Of a stretch of 64,000 bases of DNA, positions 53,278 through 64,000 are shown piece after piece (positions within the stretch are counted from its first letter, which is position 1; the number at the start of each line of letters is the position of its first letter). The notes under the pieces were generated by a model. It made no database searches and was not told the DNA's origin. It saw nothing but the letters and a program-made list of their open reading frames with translations. Source of the stretch: Malacoraja senta (lineage: Eukaryota); NCBI GenBank assembly GCA_038087875.1, contig CM075988.1, forward strand, positions 22,818,001-22,882,000, read 5' to 3'. The translations under genes and the position numbers were made by a program.

Positions 53278-55391
53278 TAGCTCCAAGTATAGCAATCCAT
53301 CAATCCTATTTTACCTCTCTTATTTTCCTGTAACTTGTTCTCTCACATGCCCCACGACTCCCTTTTTGATTCTATTTCACACTGAAGAAGGGTGCCAACC
53401 TGAAATATTGCCTATCCATTCATTCTACAGATGCTGTGGCACCCACTGAGTTACTCTAGCACTTTGTGTTTTACTCAAGGTCCCAGCATCAGTAGCTTCT
53501 TGTGTATCCCTTTTTGATTATTTTGCCACTTACCACACAAAAGTGGAAATTTACCATAGTCAATTAACGTACCTGCATAAGTTTGACTATGTGGGAGGCA
53601 ACCAGAGCACCACAATGGAAACTCGTACAACCACAGAGGGAATGTGTAAAACATCCCTGGATCCCCTCTCTCCCACCCCAAAAACATTCACTTTAAAAAA
53701 AAACACTGCCGTTGAAAGAATGTTCAGATTGTTGCTTGACTGTACTGTCAGTGTTATTGTATGGTAATAGATTTTATAGCAAGAATGTTTGACAGTTAAT
53801 TTGATTTATTTGGCTGCAAGTCTAAAATAATCAGTGGCTCAGTCAAGATATAATTAATTGTTTACATTTGGAGATGAAATTGCAATAGTGGACTACCTTA
53901 CTTTAGCTCATTTCCATTTTCTAAAATCTTTGCCCATTTCATTAAAAGAAAGTTCTAAGTCATGTGATACAATCAATTCATGTGGCTTAGATCCACGTAT
54001 TTCATCAATGGATTCTGCTCTGCTGCTCGTGCCTCGGTTATTTTTTCCTCCAAGTAGCTTCAGGTTTTATCTGCAAGCCTTGCTAATTTAATTGATTAAA
54101 TATTACCATCTCCACAGCTGGCCTCAGAATCCCTAACCTTAGGAAAAAACTCCTGTTCTTATAATCTTGTAAAGGTTAGGTGAGGAAAGCAATAGATATA
54201 GCTGCAATGATATATGGGTGAATAATTTGCGAGCAGATATATTTCACTAAATCAATTACTGTCAAGGTTGTGAAACGTGGAGTTCAATCTGAGCTACTTG
54301 CCTGGGAGGTAAAGGAAAAAGCTTTTCCACTGCTGGTGATGATGACAGTTATGATATATATGCACTTTAATACAGATTAAAGGTTATAATGATGAGGATT
54401 TTGATTTTCATATCTAAAGCATCACGGCTAAGTAATGAGTGCCAAAGTTGTGAGCAAAATAATTAGATACAAGTAAAATCTTTATCGTGTCAGTTTCACT
54501 CAATGCTTGTACTTAGCCTATGAGAATGTTATTGATTCAAATCCAAGAACTTGAACAATAGACTGACATTTCAGTGCAGTACATAAGTTGTTAGATATGC
54601 TGCCATCAAATAATAATTTAAACCAAGGTCATGCTGGCCATTAAGGTCAATGACCGAAGAGTACGAGAGGTCTCTCAGTGTCCCGCCCAACATTCATCTT
54701 GCATCCAATCTCACCAAAATCTTATCAAATAGAAAAATGTTTGCATGTGTACTTTTTGCAGCTTCAGGAGATTCAGATGTGCTTCATAGCCAACCAAGTA
54801 CTTGAAATGAAATCGCTGTTAAATGGCAACCATTTTACATATTGTAAAGTACACCAGACAAACAAATAACAGGTTTTTAGCGGTGATCGAAGGAGATTTT
54901 TTTGATCTGAAAACAGCGAGAAATCCCTTGCCTTTAAAGGAGCAATCAGATCTCTTGTTCTCCTGGTGTGAAAGACAACAATACTGATATGGAGCACTTC
55001 ATTGAACTATAACCTAAAACACATAGGCTTTTAATTCAGAAATAAGAATGCTTCCATAGAACATGCTATATACTTATTTGCTATGAACATTTGCTCATAT
55101 CATCACATGAATTGACTTCAAAGTAATTAATTGACTGTTATGGGCCTTGGGAAGTTCTGAGGAGATATAATATGCTATAAAAACCTCTAATTAAACCTGC
55201 AGTGAATTTGAGTGATTCTGCTGTTTTACATCAGTATAATTTAAATTTTCTGAACAAATAACGAGTTAAGCAACTCTTATTTTTATGCATGCTATACATC
55301 GATAAAACTTCCAGTTAATGCAGTTAAAATGCAAATTGCTGTCAAGTTGAAGACAAAGTTATATGTTTAATTATGTTAACGGTGTTCTTAG

Positions 55392-55502
55392 TTAATAACA
55401 GAATCTAAGCAAGTCAAAGTGGAAATCAAGACGGAGCCTCTGAATGAACAAGTACTCGTGTACATGACGGAATTGGGTTTGGAAAGAGAACGCACACTAC
55501 AG
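55392..55502 (+). CDS. SIK3: SIK3 coding exon (start of UBA domain)
   Basis: gttcttAG|; LITESKQVKVEIKTEPLNEQVLVYMTELGLERERTLQ; donor GTATGG; 111 nt. Not in the ORF track. Confidence 0.92.
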
Positions 55503-55833
55503 GTATGGTAGCAATCTTTTATTTTGTGTTCATGTACTGCCCAAACTGTAGAGTTATTCACTTTTTAACATATGAACTCTTACATTTAATTATTTTTGAT
55601 ACATGTTTTTAATACCTTAATCTATGTCAGCATTGATTTTTTTGTTGTTGAATTGTCAACAACAACTAGTTTGCAATTATAAGGTTACCATTGGTAACAT
55701 AATCAGAAAACGTGGCTTGTTGAATGCTGTATGCATTAACAAATTGATCTGGCTCTGAATAAGAGTAAATTGATATATTTCCAATCAGTTTCCATACAGG
55801 TCAGTTTCACATGGGTTTTAATTTTACTTTCAG

Positions 55834-55977
55834 TCATTGAAGACAGATGCCTATGATCACTTCAGTGCAATTTACAGTCTGCTGTGCGACAAGCTAAAGC
55901 GGCACAAGACGTTGCGCATATCTGCACCTCCAAGTGTTCCTCGCTCTATGCCTTTCCAGTCACCTGCAAACGTCCAG
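55834..55977 (+). CDS. SIK3: SIK3 coding exon (end of UBA domain and linker)
   Basis: ttttactttcAG|; SLKTDAYDHFSAIYSLLCDKLKRHKTLRISAPPSVPRSMPFQSPANVQ; donor GTAAAA; 144 nt, phase 0-0. Confidence 0.93.
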
Positions 55978-56049
55978 GTAAAATAGCCGTGAATTTCATA
56001 GATCCTTGTCTAATATTGCATAATTATCTTTGGAAAAATTAACCTGAAG

Positions 56050-56201
56050 AAATGTATAAGAAGAAACTGCAGATGCTGGTTTAAACCGAGACCTTCTTCT
56101 GAAGAAAGATCTTCTGAAGAAGGATCTTGACCCGAAACGTCACCCATTCCTTCTCTCCAGAAATGCTGCCTGAGTTACTCCAACTTTTTGTGTCTATCTT
56201 C
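56050..56201 (+). mobile_element. PLE pLTR insert with 14-bp TSD and hammerhead-like core at 56114-56141
   Basis: aaattaacctgaag at 56036-56049 and 56202-56215; CTGAAGA-aggatcttgaccc-GAAACGTC. Confidence 0.78.
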
Positions 56202-57144
56202 AAATTAACCTGAAGCTTCATTCAGAATAGGTAGCAAAGATTCACATAGAATTGGTCCAGGGATGGCTGGTTTGCTCTCTGGAATATATCAAACTCTGCA
56301 ACAGAGATATAACAATTCTATTTTCATAACCCTTCGTGGCAGGAAGTATCAAAGATTCATAACCTTCTAAGGAAAAAAATATACCATCATATATGGGAAC
56401 ATTATTTTTAAACAGTGACACCTAGTTTGAGATTGTCCCAAAAGATTCTCTCTAGATCCACCCTCTCAACACACCTGTGGTTCTTACTTGACATAGAACC
56501 ATAGAACAGTACAGCACAAGGAGAGGCCCTCAGTCCACAATGATGCTGCTGAACATGATGTGAAGACCATCATTTACCTACCTGCACACAACCCATAACC
56601 CATATCCCTCCATTCCAGGCATATCCATATGCCTATCCAAAAGTCATGTAGATGCCACTAGCATATCTGCACCTAGACCAGCAAAGGAGAGTGGCTTTCC
56701 TGAAGGACATTAGTGAACCAGATAGCATTTTATGGCAGTCCAGTGGAGTCACGGTTAGGCGTCATGAATGTTTTTTTGGTATTTCCAATTTTTTATTCAT
56801 TTCTTTGAATTTACTTTCCTTCACATACAATTTTTGTTGAGGAACAAAACATTTATGAGACTATCAACCACCAATTATATTCATCTCCACACATTCAGTT
56901 TCACTGGAGTCATTGAAACCAAGCATAGAGAGGTGAGGATAACAATTGACTGTGTCTTCGCACACTGTTAGTGCGTTTGATCACTGATCATCTTTCTTTA
57001 TTTGTATGACATATTAAATGTATGTATATATCTCATTAAAACCAGAACATTAGGTACATAGTACATATTATTAATGGAAAGTAGCGATATCAGTGAGAAA
57101 TAAACGTACATTAATAGCGTTTAAAAAATAAATTATGATCTAAC

Positions 57145-58122
57145 TAGCAATGTTACAACATTTTGAGATTTTAAAAATCAAGTCTGCAATTTATCCCATC
57201 AGATAAAGCATAAAAAGAAGTTTAATTTGACACCTAATTCACTTTCATATCTTCAGTATTAAAAAAGGTTATGGCCATTTTCATACTCTGAAATTGGCAT
57301 CTTGTTCCCTATTGTTTTTCCATTGACTTAACACAAAAGCTGTGATCGAGGACAGTCAAAAGCCCATAACTTTCTTAAAAATTAAGAGAACTGAAAGAAA
57401 TTTTCAGTTATTATAGATTGAAGCATTCTGAAACAAATATGAAACAATCTTACTTGGATGACCTGAAATTAAAGCATATAATTAGTTAGTTACCTAATTG
57501 TAACTAATTACAAAATTCAATTACTAGATCTAAACATCTATCCATTTCTTAAGAAAAGATTAACATTTTTAAATAGCCTAAGTGTCCAAATACCATTCAC
57601 ACAAGAATTCACAATATAACATGATTTTTTAATCTCATTGTCATGAATTTATAGGCCAAATGGGAGGAATTTAGTGTTTAATTCCCATAAATTAATGGCC
57701 ATTTTAATCATCTTGCGAGTGGGATTTTGTGGAACGCGACCGTTTGGAACTTTGCGGTTGCGGTGAATTTAAACCCCATATCGGCAGGAAAAACACTGCC
57801 GGTTCGTATATTTACATAATCACATTTTCGCAACGTAAAATTTGGATTAAGGTAATCCTAAGAAGGCTTTCCTTTAGCTGTCCCGTACCTGAAATCCGTC
57901 CCGGTTATCAGCGTTCCCGCGATTAAAAAAAAAAAAAATTCACAGAACAGCATTCGGAACAATTCCTCAGCATTTGCTAGCACCCCGAGAAAATATATCC
58001 AGGACAGGCGATAGAAAACCGCATTTTAACCCCGCCCTCCCCCCCTCAAAGGCGCCAAAGTCGCGCACACGGCCAGTGACAGAACTGCAGTGCCGCTGAA
58101 GGTAAGTTTTGTAACATTCCTA
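57145..58122. mobile_element. Complete non-autonomous hAT-like element (978 bp)
   Basis: TIR tagcaatgttacaa / ttgtaacattccta (13 of 14 match); direct repeat atctaac on both flanks; no coding capacity. Confidence 0.8.
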
Positions 58123-60004
58123 ATCTAACTAATCAACTTAGTGTGTCTTAATATGTCAAGATGTTAAATCCCTACACTGTTCCAGCTTTTTATGACAAGA
58201 AAAATAACAATATAACAATCATTGCACAAAATGTCAGTAAAGAAGACATTGAACAGTTTGATAATAAAAGCAGACAATGCTGGAAATACTCAGCAGGTAA
58301 GACACCATCTGCTGAAGCAGAAACAGAATTAACATTTCAGATCAATGACCTCTTATCAGAATCAGAACTGATGAGAGATCATCAACTTGAAACATTAACT
58401 CCCTTTTCTTCCTCTCCACAGACATTGCCTGACCTGACCTGCTGAGTCTTTCCAGTATTTGTGTCTGTATTTAAAATTTCCAGCATCTGCAGTTTCTTTT
58501 TGCTTTTTGTAACAATTCTCTAATAGAGAGGTACAACTCGCAGCAATGACATTTGAGATGTTGTTCCATTGCTTGATTCAAGTAATATTTGCTTGGGCAA
58601 TTTAATTTTGTAAGTGAACTGTCACATGTTAGACTTGCATGATTTCCTAGAATTTCATACCCCAGATATTAACTATTGGCGTGGCTCAATGCCAGCGTTT
58701 CCCTTTGTAGTGAGGGACCTTGACAAAACAATTAAATTTTCTGTCCATGAAACATACTTTTTACAAAATAGCAGATGGTCATTGCCTGTGCTAGGTTATG
58801 TATGGAGTGCTTTGTTACACGAACATAACAACTTTAGAGGCAAAAAAGGCTATTTAAATAATTGAAGCTATGCCAATTAGTATCTTACCCTTCCAGCAAC
58901 AAACTACATCTTCAGCAACAGTATTTTTGCCTCATTTTTATGCTTGGCAGATTATTAATTGACAGTAGTCTTTAAGAATTTTTTGTTAGTTTTAAATTTA
59001 AGATTAAATGTTAATTTCTACTTGGTTCCATTATTCTTCCCTTTCTTTTCTGTTACTTTGAAGCAATAGTATGGATTTATCAATGTATTTATGTATAATC
59101 AATATAAATTTAAGTCATAGGAGCAGAATTAGGCCATTCAGTCCATCGAGTCAACTTCATGACTCAATTACAACTGACCTATCTTTCCCTCTCAACCCCA
59201 TTTTCCTGCCTACCTTACCCATTTCAAAGAGATCCTTTTTAGCCTGTAAGGCTTTGATCTACCTTCATGATTTATCTTCCTTGTATTTATGCCCTTTTTA
59301 ATTTATGAATAGATTTTTTATGGTAATTTATAAATAGTACCATAAATTACACCACACTAACTGGTTTTGCAAGAGCATTATTAAGTTATCTTTGACAGAC
59401 ATACATTATTTTTATTGGTTTTATCTTCAAAATGTTTAACGGTATTTTAGATTAATAATGAGATAAGTGGAATTGAATATAGTTAGGAATTCCTGCTGTA
59501 CAAGTACTCCTTTAGCTTATTCCTTGGCATAGATTCCATTACATTACCATTATTGATGCTTGGATATTGTTGCAGCGTGTAAATAATGTTAGCTCATTTC
59601 CAGCCAAATGAAAATCTCACGTCCATCAATTGCTCATATAATTTTCTTCCCTAGACTCTCTTTACTTTGGACATTTTACAATAATTTGTCCGAAGATCTC
59701 ATTGACCTTAAATTGTAGCAAGCCTACGTCTTGGATATGGTGATTCCAAGATTTTCTGAAGCATTAGGGATATTAACAAAGTGAACAGCAAATTGGAATA
59801 ATTCTCCAATGAATTCTGGTGAAAAAATATTAGTAAATATCTGTTATTTTGTCTGTAGTATTTATATTACTGAAGTTAATATTTTCACAGATATCTGAAT
59901 GGAAATCTTTAGATGTTAGGTTGTTTGATTTTCATCTTGAGGTTGGAAGCAGAGAGGAACTGATGGATTATTTTCTATTTTTTTCCCTATGATCAATAAA
60001 CCAG

Positions 60005-60082
60005 GCTGAGCAGACGGGTAACACATTGAGTCTAAATGTGCCACAGGTGCAGCTCATTAATCCAGACAACCAGATAGTACAG
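60005..60082 (+). CDS. SIK3: SIK3 coding exon
   Basis: aaaccAG|; AEQTGNTLSLNVPQVQLINPDNQIVQ (the VPQVQLINP motif is typical of SIK3); donor GTTGGT; 78 nt. Confidence 0.92.
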
Positions 60083-61581
60083 GTTGGTTATGAAACTCTT
60101 TTACGTCATTGTGGTTTTATGGTAAATGCCTACTATTCCAATGTGATTCATTTAAATGCTATTGAGTCATTGTACATTTGTTGTGATGTTGCCCATGCGT
60201 GCATAAAATTGAAAATACTTAATTGATTTTGCTGTAATCTTGATGAAATACTTCCGTTTCTTTCTTTCGTATATAAAAGGATGTTAAAGTCACGAAGCTT
60301 CACTGTTGATGATAAAAATGTTTATTTTTGGAGTTCATTTAAAATGGTTTTATGCAATGGATTATCATTCTGAAAGATCTTTATATTTGTGGCAAAAATG
60401 ACTACATGAGTTAGCTTCATATTGATGGCCAGTAGAGAGTATCAGAGCCTAAAAAATTGTACTTTGACATCTGACCTACATGTAACAAAAAAAAAAGTCA
60501 AAATGACAGAAGAGCATTTGAAGAGAAAAGACCAGATCAACAAGCTCACTCCATTAATTTCCCAAAACCCAGGCAATAATCTCCACCAGGAGAGAATTGA
60601 ATTTCTCTCTCAAAACATCTCTAGCATTACCAGTGCCAAATGCCATCTCAAAAACATAACCAGACCACCCATATGTATGCCTCGGCGACGAGAGTGGGTT
60701 ACAGGCAGAGTACTCTGTAGCGAGTGATTTGTCTGACTCCCCAAAACTGTTTCTCCATTTATAACCTAGTAAAAGGGAATATGATAGAATACTCTTTAAT
60801 TTTTAGAAAAAATGCTGTTCTACAACTCTCAAGAAACTTGACACCACCCAGAACAATGCATGTGCTTAATTGATCTCCTAACCACCTTATATATTCACAC
60901 CCTCCACCAAGAATGCATTGTTGGCTCTGTATTTACCTTTTCCAAGATTTCCTTATCAGTTTGACATGGCTTCTATGACAACATTCCCCCCAAGAGTCAA
61001 GAGCAACAATGACATAGCAAAGTAACCTCCAGCAGCGTATCCCTCTATATTTAACATAATCTGATTTGGAAATATATTGCCTTTATTTTATCATCTCTGG
61101 GTCATAATCCAGGAATCTAGTACCGTACAGCAATGTGGGAGTGATTTTGCCACATGGACTGGCCTGGTTTAGGAAGGCAGATGACCACCACTCACTCTCG
61201 GGAGCTATTAGATATGACAAATTTGCTGGTCTTGGCATTAATGCCATCAAGCTTTGAAATAAAAAATAATCTCCTTTTCTGATGAGAAGATGCTTTGATA
61301 ATGTAATGTCAATATGTGTTAACTAAATAGTATTGCAAAATGTAAAGGGTGTTCTATAATACCATACTCACTGCAACATTTTTACATTGGGTACTTACTA
61401 TTTGAGAAATGGAGCACAGATTTTTGCCTGTATGTATGAAAATGGATAATCACTACATCATCTCAGTGCAATTAATAAGGTCCATTGTAAATTGTATTTC
61501 TATTAACCAAAGACGTTATTACATACAGTTGTGGGTTGTGTTTACTTTTTGTGTTTAAAAAAACAAGTTAACCATAATCTT

Positions 61582-62290
61582 AAAAAGACACAAAGTGCTG
61601 GAGTAACTCTGTAGGTCAGGTAGCATCTCCAGAGAACATGGGTAGATGACGGTTTGGGTCGGGACCCTTCTTCAGACTGATTGTAGTGGGGGGGGGGGGG
61701 GAGAGAAAGCTGGAAGTGAGATGGCAGCGGGACAAAGCTTGGCAAGTGATAGGGGGACACGGGTGAGGGGAATTTCTGATTGGTAGATGCTTGAACTAAG
61801 ACCAAAGATGAAAAAAACCCAAAATGTATGAGAAAGAGATAAGGATCGAAGAGGTGGGAAATATGAAGCCAGAGAAAGGAATGTAGGTGGAAAGGGACAG
61901 TGGGAAGGGGAAATGAAGAAATGCATGTGCATCCTGCTGGGGCACAAGGATAAAGAAAAAGGGGGGGGGGAAGGGAGGGCTTGAAACATAGAAGAAACAT
62001 AGAAAATAGGTGCGGGAGGAGGCCATTCGCCCCTTCGAGCCAGCACCGCCATTCATTGTGATCATGGCTGATCGTCCCCAATCAATAACCCATTGAAACA
62101 TAGATGGTTACCAAGAATTGAAAAAGTCAACGGTCACACTGTTGGTTGTAAGTTACTCAATGAAATATGAGGTGCTATTCCTCCAGTTTGCAAGTAGCCT
62201 GCCTCTGGCAATGAAGGAAGCCCAGGACAGAAAGACCAGAATGGGAAGGGAAAATGGTTAGCAACCGGGAGATCCAGCAAACCTTGGTTG
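61582..62290 (-). mobile_element. PLE 3' fragment with pLTR, carrying a nested CR1 tail (61993-62092)
   Basis: Minus strand PVANHF...LSVLGFLHCQRQATCKLEE; pLTR at 61585-61680; TSD accataatctt at 61571-61581 and 62291-62301. Confidence 0.85.
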
Positions 62291-62692
62291 ACCATAATCT
62301 TCTTGATTATTATTATTTCCTATAATTCTAATTCACATTAGACTACTATCGCTGTGGTATTTTCCAGGCTAGTCACTGGCATGAGTCATATTTTATAATT
62401 TTGTTTTCATTTCCAGAGCCTTTTCCTTTCAATCGTAAATTACCAGTGCTAAAAGTATAATTTTTAATTTGAACAGACTTTCGAAAGTGTCTCCAAAATA
62501 TTAGTTTTAAATTCTCTTGTTTAAAAAAAATATAGATTTGGGGAATCACCAAGATTGAGATTTTTTTCCAAGATAAGATGTAGTTTGGAATTTAAATACC
62601 AGTTTAGATCTTATTGTGATGAATGAGATCAAACTGAGAGATTGGGTTATTTCTGCTACTTTCACCATTTATCTGTGTGCGTTCTTTCTCAG

Positions 62693-62802
62693 ACTGATGG
62701 CAACATGAATCTAGACAGCGATGAAGGTGAAGAACCGTCACCAGAAGCGTTGGCACGATATCTTTCAATGAGGAGACATACTGTTGGTGTTGCTGATCCC
62801 AG
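62693..62802 (+). CDS. SIK3: SIK3 coding exon with the RRHT PKA/14-3-3 site
   Basis: ttctttctcAG|; TDGNMNLDSDEGEEPSPEALARYLSMRRHTVGVADP(R); donor GTTGGT; 110 nt. Confidence 0.95.
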
Positions 62803-63931
62803 GTTGGTACTAGCATTTTAGTAACTTCTCATATGCAACCAATACTAAACAAAAAAACTGTTTTGGATGCCTATACATTTGAATTTAATCCAAACCGAAT
62901 GTACTTATCCCTACACATAGGGTTGGTGGCTTTTGTTTATGTGAAATGTGATAAGACTCAAACATATTCAATGATTCAGTGAGACAGGAAAGGTGATTTT
63001 ATTCCTCATTGTTTTTGGATCAGATGTAGCTAATATGAGGAGGTTTAATGCAATCCGCACTGGACTTAAATTTAGTTTTGGATTTGTATGATATTTTAGG
63101 AAATGCATTTTCAACAACAAACTTGTAATTCCCCATGCAGATGTGAAAATCATACAGCAGTCAAGACTGGGAGAGGCAAGAAGAAGAAAGGGAAAATATG
63201 TTGTGTAGGTTGGGAAGTATACTTTACTGGGCATGTAGGCAAACTGGATGTGTCCAAAGAGGAAAAAGCTTCAGTGAATTAGCAGAGCCATGCAGAAGTG
63301 GGATAGGAACAGTGGAAGGAGTTGTTTATCCTTGAAAATTCTTAGGATTTGTGAAGTTTGAACAGAGGAGAAATAACTACTTTTTGAACTGCAATTTTAT
63401 AATTCGACAGCTTAATGTAGTTTTGCTAAAAAACGTACAGCCTTCGTCTTTAAAAAAAAATAGTGTTACAGTGCCCCCTGTGGTCTAGTACAGAAAGCAT
63501 GACTTGGTGTAGCATGGAGTACTTATGCAAGAAGGTTCCAGTTACAGGATCAGATCAATATGCTCTGCCAGCATGATGGAGAGTTTATACCTGGGGTCAG
63601 TGATCTGGTGCTACACAGAAGGAAAAGTGTATATGTTTCCTGTCTTTAATTGCAATTAAGTGATCCTTTCAAGCAAATCTCTACATGAGAGCAATATAGG
63701 AACATGATCAAGCACAGCTATTATTCCATGTACTCCCACCCTCTCCTCAAAAAAGTGGACAGACAAGTTGCAGATACTCACCCTTTGACTCTAGCATCTA
63801 AAATATCAGCTGAAGCTACCACCATTGTGTATGAACAAAATTAAAATACTAAATTCCCTGCTTTGAAGAAAAAGTGGTGAAGCATATAAAGAATAATAAA
63901 ATTAAAGTTCTGATTTTTTTCCCTAATGTAG

Positions 63932-64000
63932 AACTGAAGTTCCAGAAGATCTGCAGAAATGCCACCTGCCTGGTTTTCCACGTACTGTGCCTCAGGCTCC
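63932..64000 (+). CDS. SIK3: SIK3 coding exon, truncated by the window end
   Basis: tttttttccctaatgtAG|; (R)TEVPEDLQKCHLPGFPRTVPQA; phase 2 matches the previous donor. Confidence 0.9.

Noticed and set aside
63468..63488. CTCF-like motif (gtgccccctgtggtc)
   Set aside because: Partial match only; cannot be supported from sequence alone.

Overview
This is vertebrate genomic DNA. The repeat landscape (CR1 LINEs, tRNA-derived HE1/V-type SINEs, Penelope-like pLTR fragments) suggests a cartilaginous fish, probably a skate or ray; that assignment is an inference. The window lies inside the + strand gene SIK3 (salt-inducible kinase 3). Nine coding exons can be read with canonical AG/GT sites, from the catalytic loop (HRDLKAE) through the T-loop, UBA domain and RRHT PKA site, and the gene runs off both ends. 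The first exon has a 1-nt deletion (frameshift) in an A-run, probably an assembly error. Introns contain three IR/DR-type DD34E Tc1 copies, young and old CR1s, Rex1/Babar and L2 fragments, SINEs, Harbinger-type MITEs, a hAT-like non-autonomous element, a 1.8 kb pyrimidine microsatellite and a 200-N gap. The most notable non-genic signal is a family of about 15 short, often fold-back, TSD-flanked inserts derived from Penelope-like GIY-YIG retroelements. They carry a minimal hammerhead-ribozyme core (CTGAAGA...GAAACGTC), and two sit at the same catalytic codon of two separate Tc1 copies. All coordinates were read by eye; repeat boundaries are approximate.
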